A stretch of 64,000 bases of DNA from Antedon mediterranea (lineage: Eukaryota; Animalia; Echinodermata): the NCBI RefSeq assembly GCF_964355755.1, contig NC_092671.1:36466304-36530303 (forward strand). Reading direction: 5' to 3'. Positions 20,849-35,600 of the stretch are shown one piece after another. Under the pieces are notes generated by a model. That model did no database searches. It was not told the DNA's origin and saw only the letters and a program-made list of their open reading frames with translations. The position numbers and the translations under genes are program-made. Numbering within the stretch: position 1 is the first letter of the stretch; every line of letters starts with the position of its first letter.

Positions 20849-23800
20849 ATGGAAGACAAGCCTGAAAAGTCGTGTTTGCTGGTTGATGAATCTGGCTGTA
20901 AGCTTTACAAACGACGATGGATTATGCTGGCTAACTTTGGTCTTTTTATGACAACAAACTTCTTTATGTGGGTACAATATGCTGCAATATCTGACGTAGT
21001 AGCTGAACATTACGACGTTTCAACGAACACCGTTGATTTACTAAACTCCACCTATAGTATAGCTTACATAGTTTTTATTGTGCCAGTTATGTTGATAACC
21101 GAAAGATTTGGCTTAAGAACTATTATGATAGGCGGTACTAGCCTACAATGTGTTGGATCATGGTTTCGGTTTGTTGGGACATCACAGAATTCATTACTTC
21201 TACATTTTATTGGTCAGTCCATGTGTGGAGCAGCGCATCCCTGCGTCTACGGGATGGGGTCACAAGTTGCAGGGACATGGTTTGGGATTGAGGAAGTATC
21301 ATTTGCATCTGCTCTTGGATTTATTGGAATTGAGGTACGATGTTTGTTTTTTGGGGGTTTTTTTTGCAGTAAAGTACTTAAGGTTTAAAAATAGTAGTAG
21401 TAAATTCCTAAATAGGCCTATACTTAATCACAACACTATTATACTTCTGCATTCATTAATGATATCATTTTTAGGTTGGGTTTGGTATAGGTTATATTTT
21501 GCCCAAATACTTCGTACAAGGACCAGATATTGGACATCAGATGAAATATTATTTCTTATTTACTGCAATAGTGATGACAATATTAATGTTGATAACGGCA
21601 TTTGGTAAGCACATATTTATATAACTGTGACAAACAGTAAGGTGATACTTGAATAATTGTGTGTTCTGGATGTTCGAACGAAAGGATGGGTAGACGGCAT
21701 AGGGCCCACATATCAGGAAAAGCGTCACCTCACATATACCGGTATAACTTGCATAATCCTGCTTAAAGTTTAGGCCCGCACTCTGCAATTAGGGAGCTTT
21801 CTATTTCACGACAACAAAACTACGTCATGTTAATTCACTGTGCGCATGCGGGGACGACGCGTTTCAATCAACCCGTTATGGGTTTGGCTTATGGGTTTTT
21901 AATGGATGGATAGCTATTATGGTAAACCAATGAAGAAATCCTTTTTTTTCAGTATTCGAAGGCAAGCCACCCCTTCCTCCAAGCAAGCCTCGGATGAATG
22001 TGAAAAAAGCCGGGAAAAAGGATAATTACCTTCAATCAATTAAGTTCATTCTTAGCAACAAGAATTTCTTACTATTATTAGTAACATTCGGTACTTTTTT
22101 TTTTCACAAACTTATAGAAACGTTTCCGTTGTTAGCTTAGTATAGGCCTACTAGTCAGAGAGTTATCATTCTTATATTATATATATTCTATTATTATATA
22201 TAATAATTTGTTTTTCTATCACCATCATAAAGTTAATAATATATAGAATATCATTATTAACAACCAATATATCGTATTTTCAGGTACAGTCACTGGGTTT
22301 TCCAGCACACTAGGTCTAGTATTGAACGAGTTTCTAAGTTTAACGTACGCGGTATGTATATACTTAGTTCAGTTTAATGTCGTATTAAGTTGGTCGATTA
22401 ATTAATACATTATTATCGAAATATTACTACAATTATTACTTATAATATAATAATTTATTTGGAAGCTACACTTTTGAAACAGTGGCACACTTTTTGAATT
22501 AAGGTGCATCCAGAGTAAGTAAAGTAAAAGTTAGAGGAAAAAAATGATTTAATGTTAGGCCTATTTACAGTACAAGGAAATTTAACTAAATTATGTACAA
22601 GATATAATAAAATTAAAATAACATTAACAAAAGTCATACTTTTGAAACAGTGGCACACTTCTTGAATGGAAGGTACGTCCAGAATAAGTAAAATAAGAGT
22701 TATAGAAAAAAATAATAATAAATTATATACAAGATATAAAAATAACATTAACAAAAGTAATACAGGATTTTAAAAAACAAAGTACTAATCATTTTTATTG
22801 TGGATTTCCCTTCTCTTTTTCCATGCCCGTTTGGTGATTGAATGCAACCTCAGTAATAGAGAAAGAACCATATTAGCAGGGGTGTTTGGGTGCGGTTATA
22901 AGATTGATGTTCGGATCCTCATAATTATTATTCATTTCATTTTACTTTTAGTTTTTAGTTACAAAATCAATTACATTAATAAGTTTAAACAAAAAAGGCA
23001 GACACAGAAAAACAAGGCCATATAAATGGCTGCAGTCGCGTGCTTAAGTTAGTGTTTACCGACCAACCGACCGACCAACCAACCAACCGACCGACACAGT
23101 GATCATCTCAGGATCTCCATAATTTTGTTATGGAGCCTGAATGATTCAAATGACCATAATACATTCTATCATTCCATTTTTGGTTATAGCTGACATTTAT
23201 TTAATCATTTATAAAATTAACAGATTTTCTAGTTAGTTATTAAAGCAGTTTGTTTAAAATAGTAACACATTCCAATAATAATTAATAGGACGGTTCAACA
23301 ATCTTGAGTCATGTTGGTATAGCAAAGATATTGTGTGGAATATCCGGTCCACTGATTTCAGGAATCTGGCTCGATAGGTCAAAATATTTCAGGTAATAAT
23401 TATTATCAATAAATAATCAACCTATGTGTCATTATCATCACCATCATCATTATCATCACCTTTTTTCGAAACCAAATAAGTAATGAATCATCTTGGTAAT
23501 TTTACTGTAAACTGTAAACTTTAATTTTTTTTGATACAAGAAATTACATTTGGAATTGAAAGTAGTTATTCGATAATGTTTAAATATTATATTTGGTATT
23601 TATGATAATAATACATATGATGATAATAACCAATTTTTATTCTTATAGGGTGACAACTATTGTGTTTTCTATTCTGTGTGCCATCGTAGTATTATTATTT
23701 GCAATTTCATTAGCTTATGCAAATCAGTTGCTTACTACAATATCTATGGTAATGTATGTGTAAGTGTTTTTGACGTTATTGCTTTACGGTATGTTAAAAG

Positions 23801-26550
23801 AACTAGTGCAATAGTGTTTAGATTTTTAACATCTATTTTGTACCTTTTCCCACACGTTTAGCTTTTAACCTAAACGTGTTTATAGCTACATGTTGTTGTC
23901 GTCCACTCGTTTAGCAGTCAATATGTCACTATTATGTTCAGTCATATGTTTAGGTACGTGTTTATCGTTGCGGGCATAATGATTTTGAAAAAAGCTAAAT
24001 GTGTGGAAAAGTGGGTACAACATAGATGTTTAAGATCTAAACACTATTTTACAGTGCATGTATTATGTTTATTGAAAAAAAAAATGATGTAGTTTTTCGC
24101 CACATAGCTTTTCTATTATTTTCTATTCAAGCCTTTGCATCACCTCATTTTTTGTCGTTGCCGCTGAGCATGCTGTTGAACAAACGTATCCAGAATCTGA
24201 GATAATGTCCTCAGGAATTCTAATCACTACCAGTTATGTAAGTAATTATTTCCATATTAGAAAAAGAACGGCTAATCGAAAAACATAAAAGTTTGCTAAT
24301 GAAGTCTACACCAGCAAAGTTTAACTATCACATACTAGCAAAGACGCAGTTTGCTAGTATGTTATAATTAAAGTTTGCTGGTGTAGACTTCATAGTTTGA
24401 CAACAAAAAAGTGTGATGTGCCCCAAATATGGTAGTAATATGAGATCATCGAGTCCATGGGCACAGCACATTTTGTTTTCACATAAAGTTTGATAGTGTA
24501 CACAGAGCTTGAAGGACCATTCGACCGAGAACCATATTTTAACAAAGTATTAGGGATGTACATATGATTTCAATCCCGCAATTTAGTGTTGACGTTATCC
24601 TGCTGACAAACAGACAACAAATTCACAGACAAAAATAACAACATTATTATTTATGATATCGCCGCGGTCAAATACAAAATTTGGCAAAATTCTCCTTAAA
24701 GACCAGGGAGACTTTTTTCCAGTAGTTAAGTAGTTTTACCTAGTGTGATAACATGTCTAGTGACTCCCTAGAAGGTGAAAACAAATGGTGGATATACGGT
24801 GGATAATTATTGCTATAGCATGAAAATAAAACTCTGAAGTTCAATAAAAATACTAGAAACGTAACATTCAAGTTATATTACATATTTAGTCATCTGAAAA
24901 CATTTTTTACCACACTGTTTATTTTTCATAGTTTTTTTTAATGCCTCTCTATTTACAACATTTGTGTACAAAAGAATAGAGATTTTACTGTGTAATTTGA
25001 AGTATCGCCCCATTGATAAAAAGTGCTTATTTTCAGCAAGCTCGTGTAACACAAATAACATCCCAACAATTATGAAACATATCGGAGACTATAGATCGAT
25101 ATTTATTGGACTGTATTAATCAATAGAAATGTTTTGCCCGCAACTGGCTTTTAACAAGCCTACGATTGTATAGGCCTACATGTTGATGGATTCGTTTTCT
25201 TTTAGGTCGTTGCGTTGCTATTGATGTTTACAATTGATGTCATCTTGTCTGATCAAACTGTTTTTTTCAAGGCATGTTTTTGTTTTCTAATTCACATAAT
25301 TTCAGTTATAACTTCAGGTAATGATTTTTTTTTTTATCATTTTTAAGGTTACGACGGAATCGCTTATATTCCCTTTATTGATTTCTGATCAAATTTATCA
25401 ACGTTTTTGGGAAATTAAAATTATTGTTTAGTTTTAGTATAGGGAGTGTTTTTAAGAGTGTCCAATGAGTGGCTGGGGCGGAGTGTTAGCGCGCGTCCCG
25501 GCTGCGATTTTTTTTCGTACATAAGTTGGGGACCCCATGTGAAAGATAGCCGAACTACTTCAACTAACCCTGTAAATAATCTCTCTCTCACTATAGAGTA
25601 ACAGAAGTAGCTCATGGGATTTAAACTCCATACATTGACATGTAAATGAATATTCATGTTTATTTTGTGACATAAAAGGTCCCCAACTTATGTATGAAAA
25701 GAAATATCGCTGCCGGGCCAACCTAAATTTACAAATTGCAAAAGATAGAGCAGTAGGTTCAGTTCAGCACAGTTTTCAAAAAAAAATCCTGGATCTGCCC
25801 CTGTATTTTATTGTTTGAATTGTAACAATGTACCGTCATGCTATGAAGACTTCATATAGCCATATCAATAGACTTGTAGTATTGCCTGTAGACCTAATAA
25901 TGCCTGTATTAGAGTTTATTGAACAACAACAATCTAAATTTAGTTTAACTTGGAATGAACTACTGTACTATTTATGTATTGTTATGTAAATTCAAAACAA
26001 AAATGAAATGAATATAAAGTTATTATAACCCAGATATTCATTTATTATACAATTGTTGCTGTTAAAGATGTATTGTCCTCAAAATCATGAAAATAGGATA
26101 TATAGGCCATTTTGCAGTTTTAATTAGGTATTCACTTCCATAAGAAAAAGAAACAGAAAAAAAAAACATAATTTCACAAGACAGCATAATATAAACAGTT
26201 AACCAAAAATGCATTGTCTAGACAGACAACATGACTATTTTTTGCTTTAAATTACAGTTTTCTCCGGTAAATATTGTTTTTAGTAAATAACTAGTGTGTG
26301 ACATTAAAATAGCGTATTACTATTACACACACAACAAAATATTTTTTTTAGGGGACAATATATTTTTAATGAAAACAACTTTGAAACGTTATCACTATTC
26401 ATTATTTCGTGGATACCTTAATTTTCTATGTGTTTCTTATATACAGTGTGTATAACTGGTAATAACAGAAGACAGGATGCTGACAACAACAACTACCAAG
26501 AAGAGAACAACTCGTCGGACATTAAGTTGATGGAAAGCACGCTGGATTGA
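20849..26550 (+). CDS. FLVCR: FLVCR/SLC49-family MFS transporter, tandem copy C (~452 aa)
   Basis: Exons 20849-21334, 21475-21604, 21953-22090, 22284-22351, 23289-23392, 23649-23759, 24132-24237, 25206-25317, 26447-26550; GT-AG, phases consistent, frame open. Confidence 0.9.
23012..23101 (-). mobile_element. Short Helentron-associated (HINE-like) element, partial
   Basis: AACAAGGCCATATA..TGGC, GTCGCGTGC, (ACCG/ACCA)n; same family as 53508-53618. Confidence 0.6.
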
Positions 26551-26570
26551 AAATGAAAATAAATGATAGG

Positions 26571-26761
26571 TACGGGTGCCGTCCGGGACATTACTAATTT
26601 TGTCGACACAATTATGTGACACATAATTTATTCCATTCGCGGGAAAAAAACAATTGTGTGTCGACAGAATATTCTATATATTTTGTCCGAATAGAATCAA
26701 TTATGTGTCACATAATTGTATTATGTCCATAAATGAGTAATGTCACGAACGGCGCCCCGTA
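26571..26761. mobile_element. MITE 20 bp downstream of the copy C stop codon
   Basis: TACGGGTGCCGTCCGGGACATTACT ... AGTAATGTCACGAACGGCGCCCCGTA inverted termini; only the left half survives after the stops at 359 and 10864. Confidence 0.75.
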
Positions 26762-26894
26762 GATAGCAGGAGTATCGTCCAAGTTTTGAAAAAGAACTGT
26801 TGATTTCTATAAAGGTTTCACCAAACGGGCATGAAAAATAGATAAGGGAAATCAGCAATGTTTTTTAAATAATGTATTACTTTTGTTAAAGTTA

Positions 26895-27800
26895 TTTTTC
26901 TATATTTTGTATAACATAATTTAGTTTAAGTTTCCTTGTAAATAGGCCTATTAATTTTTTATTTTACTTACTCTGGACGCACCTTCATTCAAGAAGTGTG
27001 CCACTGTTTGTAATAAATTACCATTCCTAACAAATAGAGTAGCATAGTGTCTACATAAATATTCTAGAATAACAGTATGTTTAGATTTAAGAAACCATGT
27101 ATAATTAATAAGAACAATCAGGAACATTTCAAAAGTGCTATTAATAGAAACTGTAATCCAATAGAATAAGAAGTATAAAGAATGATCTAGAAGGATAGGA
27201 ACATCTTGTATATAAAGGGATGTAAAACTATTGTAAGGTTGTTGGATTAGAGGTTGGATATTCGATTGTAAAAGTTATTGTGAAGCTGTTGTTTAAAGTG
27301 CTTACTGGATTGTTGACAGTTGAAGTTGTTTGAAATTAAAGTTTTGTTTTTGAGTTATTTTACAACTTTGTGGATTTTGTGTGTATACTTTTATGTTACA
27401 AGGGAGTTCCTAAAGTAATTTCAACCGCTCGGAAACATACGTAAAGGGAGTTTGTGCCACTGTTTCAAAAGTGTAGCTTCCAAAAAAATATTTTTTTTAT
27501 ATTTTGTACATAATTTAGTTTAAGTTTCCTTGTAATTAGGCCTATTTTTAGATAAATTTTTTTTCTTTAACTTTTATTTTACTTACTCTGGACGTACCTT
27601 CATCAAAATGTGTGCCTGTTGCAAATGTGTAGCTTCCAAAAAAAAATTTTTTTCTATTTTGTACATAATTTAGTTTAAGTTTCCTTGTAATTAGGCCTAT
27701 TGTTAAATCTTTTTTGTCTGTAACTTTTATTTTACTTACTCTGGACGCAATTCAAGAAGTGTGCCACTTTTTCAAACGTGAAGCTTCCACATAAATTATT
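26895..27800. repeat. Degenerate ~170-bp repeated unit (3-4 copies); inverted copies at 22455-22770
   Basis: Recurrent TTACTTACTCTGGACG-ACCTTCATTCAAGAAGTGTGCCACTGTTT...GTAGCTTCCAAA...CATAATTTAGTTTAAGTTTCCTTGTAA. Confidence 0.75.
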
Positions 27801-29690
27801 ATTATTATAAAATATAATATCAGTGAACTGTAAAAAAATACATTCTGAACAAACAATATATCTATTTGAATGTCTTTTTCGAAATATCGAGGAAATGTTT
27901 TTTACTATTATATAAAACAACATTATTTGGTTTAGGTTACATCAATAATTAATATACATTGTAGAGAGAAAATAAAAAAGAAACATATTTGATATTGTAT
28001 TAATTTGGAAAACATTTATTTAGATAAAACAAAGAACCAAACATATTAAAATACAGATTATAGTGTCCAGAAATTTTATCATTTCCTACTACAACATTGG
28101 TGTTGTACGAACAGTAGCAATTTTACATTATCATTGGACGAATTTATTCACTGCTACCGGTACCAGTAAATGGTAATCGTCCACACAAACACATGTTCAT
28201 TATCATAAATAAAACCTTATAATAAATAGTCTTTGTTTTCTCCAGCTTAATGAATGTTCAGACTAAAGTTTTACAATGGTTAGGCCTAAGATTCATTTTG
28301 TTGACACACAATGAATTCTGTCTACACAGAATGAATTTTGTCTACATATAATAACTTTTGTCTACACAGACTTGTTTTTGTCCGAATAGAATCAATTATG
28401 TGTCAGAAAGAAGTATCCCATGCATTAACAAAATAAAACAACACAAATAATATCATTAATAAGGAGTGGTAGATGTTTTCTTGACGCCGATCAAGTTTGC
28501 TGGGATGGAGTGAAGGGGAGACACATTCGTATAGCGGTGGCGTAACGCAGAGGCATGAGGCCCCTGGTTTAGGAAACTAAGTGGCCCTCCGAGTTTCAAC
28601 GCTGGAGGCCTTTTAATGCCTGTTTTTTTCTTCTGTGCACTGATCAGGTGCACACATAAGCTCTGAGCCCTGAGTTTAGCCAGTAAGCGTTCATAGCCGT
28701 TACGCCACAGTCAGATAGAAGTGGTCAATCACGGTTCGCCCTCAGACTAAGTCTGAAACCACCTTTCCCATTTTCCAACAAAATTTAGTGTTGCCGTGGA
28801 AAAAAGGAACGTGCTCCCATCCCTGTACTACATGATCGACACCAATGCATAATACAACGATGTATGAAGGCGAAAAGGTGAATAGGATCAGATCCTATCC
28901 TCGGTTGAACCATGATGGAAAACTGCTCTGAACATGGTTAAAACTGTACCATGTAATAATGTGAGATAGTTCTGTTTATTTTATAATATTGCACATTTTC
29001 CTAACCACTGTTATCATCACTGTTGTTGAATCAACGTATTTGTATATACAAAATAAAGTAATTGGACATTATTATTAATGTATTCTTTTTAGGTATATAT
29101 AAATTAAAACATGTCCTTTCAAATTAGATAATAAATACATATCAATTATTAACTATTGATACCTTTTTAAATACAGTTTATATTCACCGGGTTCATCTAA
29201 CCACTTTTATTGCTTTTAATTGGGCTATTTACCTTGAATAGCAAATTAGGATATATAATAGCAAAACGAATAACAAATAAGTTAATATCGGATACGATAC
29301 GATATATCGGATATATACCATTAATATCATACACCAGCTAATTATATACAATATTTCCGATACCATTATATACTACTAATCTGGTTTTCCACTTTACGAA
29401 TTTGTTCAGTGAATCAAAAGCGTCAGCTTATACGCATGCGTATTCATATTTTCATTTTCCAAAATCCCTCTCTGTGACGAATCCTAGTTCCTTAAGTTTT
29501 TCGAATCGGATTGTGGGAAAATTGCGCAAACAATCAGTGCGGCGGAAATGAAAATCGCAGCTATATAGTCTGATTTATTTTTGCGCTACAGGCTTTATAA
29601 TATATCTTTACATAGGACCTAAGCTTAAAATGAAACTTAAGACTTAACACCTGGGATAAAAAATGTACTAAAATATTTCGTAAAAGATCT

Positions 29691-32600
29691 TTACTTATTT
29701 GTAATTTCTGTGTCAGATTCAGAAACGATGGAGTCATCAAAATTGTCTATATCTGCGTCTTGTCTTCGATAGGTTGGATCGATAAACACTGTAAAGGGTA
29801 ACATATTGATAAGATATTAAAATATTGATGAGATATTCATAAGATGTAGATAAGATATTGATAAGATATTGATAATAATGTATTGATATTGATACGATAT
29901 GTTCATCTTCATCGTTATGAGTTCCCACATCATGTTAATTATCACGGAACTAATCGGTGTGGTGGCAGTATTCACGGCTGATTTTGGGTTTAGTTTTGAT
30001 ATTGATACGATATTGATACGATGTTGATAAGAGAATAGATATGATAAATACCGCCACGAGCTATTGAGTGATTCTTTACACACTCAGTCCAGATTTCCCT
30101 GCTCAGATCAAGGCAATCGTAAATCTCTGTCTACACTAACAAACTAGTTTGACAAAAAAAGTGTGATGTGTGATGTGCATATGAATATCATCATGTCCAT
30201 ATAGGCTTATGTGCACATTTTTTTGTCACATAAAGTTTGATAACAGAGCTTTAGATTGTATGCTCAGATATGACGGTCGAGGAGTACATATCCTACATAC
30301 TCAAATAGTTTAATTATAATATTTTAAGGATGACATTTTTTGTTTTTAACAATCTATAAAACGGAATACTTATACTCGAAACGTTTTTTTATAGCTTTTT
30401 CTAATCGAAAATTTCATCTTTAAAATATTAGAAGCTAAATGAAATTCTTCGAAGATATAATATCTTACTAGATATATTACAAAATGAAACTGGATTTATG
30501 ATATTGCTTGATAAATTGAAAGATATGATGTTTTGTGCAGTTTGAATACATGTAGAGCAGCAATTTTCTGAACTGAGCATTATCATACAGAAGACAATGA
30601 TCAAAAACCTATGTCGTTAGAAATTACTTGATAAATAATAATAGAGTCTGGTAACTCCAATGTTGGACCAAGGCAATCTAACAACATGATGTTGAGCTCC
30701 AGAGATCAAACAGTTTGTCTGTGGTTGCGACACAATCAGTTACACGCCCCTTAACCGACACATAGCACATACACAGTACAGTACTGTTGGTATTTGTCGC
30801 AGCCAGACATGAGATCAAAGGATTGTTACGACTTCCTAGATTGGCAAGACGAGCTCAGTGTCTCGTTAGATTGCTTTGGTTGGTTATTTCTCCATGGTTG
30901 GACCAATACAAACATTCTTCACCTACAGTAATACTTACATGTTAATATGAATGCAATGAATAGAGTACAGCAAAAGATTGTTATTGTTATATAAACGTTT
31001 GTACTTTCCAGGAAAACATCATAAAGCAACATCATAAAGCAAGCGACCGTCTGAAAATAAAATATTGACGTTATAAAGCGTGGTTCCCACTAGCGACGCA
31101 ACGTAACGCAACGCAGTGACGTTTTGACGTAAAGTGCTGTATTGCGTATCACAAGTGGGAACCGACGACGCAACAATGCTCCAAATATCGTAAGCGTGGT
31201 TCCCACTAGCGACGCAACGCAAGGACGTAAAGCAACGCAAGTGAATTGACCAATCACAAGCGATTTTTATATATATTTATTCGCTTGTGATTGCTAACTG
31301 TCTATAACTTCGCTTGTCATTGGTTAAAACGCTTGCGTTGCGTTTACGTCCTTGCGTTACGTTCTAGTGGGAACCATGCTTTAGACCTACACTATATCAA
31401 ACTTTATGTAACAAACAAATGTGATGTGCCCATATAAGGACATGGACACGATGATGTCATATCACTACCATATGTGGGCATATCACTACCATATCTGGGC
31501 ACACCACACGAGCCCACAAAATAAGTAACTGCGTTAATTGATAATTTATATGGAAGATCAACTAAATTTCAGATAAAATACGAATGTAAATAAATGGTTT
31601 ACAGTATTGTAATGTATATATACATAATATACATGCCTACAATATTAGCAATCAAATATATGAATACAGACAGACGGAATGGGAGTGTTAGGAAGTTGTT
31701 CTTACATATCCGGTAGCGTTTAAAAGACCCGATGACATGATCTCTGGTTCAGGATACGTCAACTCAACAGCATACTCAAACACCACAATGATCATACAGG
31801 CAGCAAAGAACCTGTGAATAAACAGATATATTGTTTAAACAACATCAGTAAACATGTGACATATGGTTTATTATTGAAAATATTGAACGATAAGAATGTG
31901 TAAAACCGTACTAAACGCTGTGATAACAATTACAAATAACAGACACTAAAGCTTGGTTCCCACTACGACGCAACGCAAGGACGTAGACGCAACGCAAGCG
32001 AGTTGACCAATCACACGCGCCGGCTGTTCTAATAATCCATCGCTTGAGATTGCGTTACGTACTGGTGTTGCGTTCTAGTGGGAACCAAGCTTCAGTGGTA
32101 TATCAATTGGCTGTATTCACCAGTCACACTTAAGTGAGATATTTCCCTTAAATATTAAGTATTTCAACTCAATAAATTTCCCTTAAATTGTATCATATTC
32201 ATAGATATTTTTAATTTTAAAGGTGTTTCTCTTAAATGTGAATGGAGAATTCGGCCACAGAATTTGAAATCGGTGGGTGGGCGGAGAAATCTAACGTTGT
32301 AAAAAGAAGTGCTGAACTGAACATAATATCTATCTTCTTTTGCATTCGAAATTAGTCCTTGGATCCGCCTATATAAACTTATAAAGCATATTGCGTAGCA
32401 CAATGCTTGTATTACAGTACATCAATACCTTACTAGGATAAAATAAATTAGTTAACGTTTTTTTAATTCCTTTTTTTATTATTATTTTAAACAATGCAGT
32501 ATTAATGGGCTTAAGTTCAATCATGCAGAAATTTGCCTAATAAGACCATTTGGCAAAATGATGATTTTACTTACCAATATAAAGCCATAGATAAAATAAC

Positions 32601-35600
32601 TAAAAAACCTTCAGTAAAATAGAGAGACAAGGTAAAACAAGCAATTGCAATGGTAGCCATAATTGCTGTGACAATAGTAGTACCTCTGAAATAGAAATAA
32701 TTAACGTAACGTAAATTATGACGTAATGTAAATTGTGAGTAACATAAACTTCGACATCAAATCAATTATGACGTAACGTAAATTGTGACGTAACATAAAC
32801 TTCGACATCAAATCAATTATGACGTAACGTAAATTGTGACGTAACACAAACTTCGACATCAAATCTATTATGACGTAACGTAAATTGTGACGTACCATAA
32901 ACTTCGACAAAAAATCAATTATGACGTAACATAAATGAACGCAATGTGTAATGGCCTACATTTAGATAGACATATTCTATGGTTAATAAAAGAGAAACTG
33001 ATTATATTAATAGGGCTATTAATACTGTATAAAGGAAATGTAATTATTATGCCCACCAGACGCAACGCAAGGACGTAAACGCAACGCAAGTCGAATAAAT
33101 CCATCACTTGGGATTGGTTAAATCCCTAAAGCGTGGTTCCCACTAGCGACGCAACGCAAGGACGTAACGCAACGCAAGTGAATTGACCAATTATTCGCTT
33201 GTGATTGCTAACTGTCTATAACTTCGCTTGTCATTGGTTAAAACGCTTGCGTTGCGTTTACGTCCTTGCATTACGTTCTAGTGGGAACCAAGCTTTAAGC
33301 GTGGTTCCCACTAGCGACGCAACGGAACCAAGCTTTAAGCGTGGTTCCCACTAGTGACGCAACACAAGGACGTAACGCAACGCAAGTGAATTGACCAATC
33401 ACAAGCGATGGCTTATTCGCTTGTGATTGCTAACTGTCTATAACTTCGCTTGTCATTGGTTAAAACGCTTGCGTTGCGTTTACGTCCTTGCATTACGTTC
33501 TACTGGGAACCACGCTTAAAAGATCAATCACAGGCGAGGCCATTATTCGAACAGTCGCTTGTCATTGGTCATCTCGTTGCGCTTACGTCATTGCGTTGCG
33601 TCCTAGTGGGATCCAAGCTTCATTCTGTACCACAAAACAATGAAATAACTATACCTGAAACTTCTAGATCTATCCAGCCAAATCCCGACTGCAATAGGGC
33701 CAAATATACAGCTAATAATCTTCACCATACCGACATACTGAACTATTTCTGTGCTGCTCTCATCCTCCTAAATTAATTTTAAAAATAAACGATCACAACC
33801 TCTTTCTTGTTGAATTGTTACGTGGGGAATAAGAACTATAATATAATAATTGATTATTGATTATTAATTGGTTAGATGTTTTGAATTGAATTGAATTGTC
33901 CTACTCTGACGTAATTTTTACTTCATACTAAGTACATTGAGAATACTTGCGAAAAAATACGCAAGTAATTCTCGGGTGGGACTCGACCTCCAGATCACTA
34001 GCCTGGCGTTCATACCTCTAGACCACCGAGCTTGTGCTGGTGGCTATTGGTTATAGATTCGAGCCCAAGTAAGCAATGGGTACTGCACCAACAGGATTGT
34101 AATTGTTTGTAACTACTGTGGAGTAGCTTTTTTTCTCTCACAAGTAGGCTATTCTCAATGTACTTAGTATGAAGTACAAATGACGTCAGAGTAGGGCAAA
34201 ACATCAGACCAATTACTCAACACCCTGACGCAATGCTTACTCCACAGTATAGTTACAATCAATTACAATCCTATTAATTATTATTTAAAACAAGGAAAGA
34301 TAATTAGGAGCTAATAGATATATCTTGGCTTTCATGGTTAATACAATAATAATTGGTCAGATGTTTTGCCCTACTTTACTCCTAGGCCTACTGGATAAAT
34401 AATGCGAGCACGTCGAAGCTGCTTTGGGTTGATAATTAAGCCAGCTTACAAATTGTTCTCAATACACAGGCCTAGTATCCGACAGTACAATTAAGTCTTT
34501 TCTATATCTCATATTGTCCAATTATATCAAATAGATTCAAACTAGGCCTCTTTTCGTTTTTGATATCGATATGATAAACTATTGATAAATAGTGTTAGGG
34601 ATTTCTGTTTGATGATCAATAAAACTGTTAAACTGAATAAAGACGTTAAAGTTATCGTTTTATTAACGAGCTTTGGCTGGTTTCCGACCATTATATCACT
34701 ATAATATTTGATTCGACACAGCTTAACCTGACTAACCCATAGAGCTATAAGAATCATAGAATAATTACTATGATATAACAACAGGATCATCATGAGCTTC
34801 GGAGATCAAAGGGTTTATCTGTGGCTGCGACACGATCAGTTCCACACTCCTTAACATTAACAGACACCGTGCGCCACGGCGGAGAATGTACATTAGTTCA
34901 GTACTGTTGGTATTTGTCGCAGCCAGACGATGATCAACGGACTGTTATGAGTTCCTATCTCGAAAAGGCGAGCTCTGTGTGCTGTTGTTTAATTGCCTTT
35001 GTTGAATGAACAGCAAATGCTCCATAATAAAACAGAATTACAAGTAAATCCTTAGTTTAATAACAAAAACGATATGGTATAATATTATTAGCCTAAACCC
35101 TAGGCTATTAGGCCTATGTGGATTTTAACAGAATTGTTGATAGGCCTAATTAGATAGGGCGTCTCAATATGTGGGGTGGGGGGGGGGGGTGTTTACATTA
35201 TATAATATTCGAAAAGAGCTAGAATGGGGACTTACCGAAAATGCCAATAGAACTGTTTCATTTAACTTGAACGCTATTAGCGACAAAAACCCAAGGTTGA
35301 AGGCTAAAAAAGAAATTTTTTATTTTAGATCGATTTTTATTTTGTACTTTATAATGTATATATATCATTAAATCAAAGAAATATTTCTATAATTAGATCC
35401 TCTGTTAATTGCCTCGAAATGGACAAAAGCAGTTAGTTTTTAAACACGTAGTTACATGTTTAGCGTGTTTAAAACCCAAAGGTGTTTATAGCTACATGTT
35501 GTTTTTCTCGTTTAGCAGTCAACGTTTCACTATTATGTTCAGTCAACATGTTTAGCAGTCAACATGTTTAGGTACGGTACGTGTTTGGCGTTGCGTGCAT

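Noticed and set aside
29800-30083. ORFs 29737-29928 and 29817-30083 as exons of copy D
   Set aside because: Low-complexity GATATT-rich intron sequence; the true exons 8 and 9 are 31050-30939 and 29788-29691.
32714-32935. CRISPR-like array or repeat protein (ORF 32716-32910)
   Set aside because: Pure tandem repeat; the ORF exists only because the 51-bp unit is a multiple of three.
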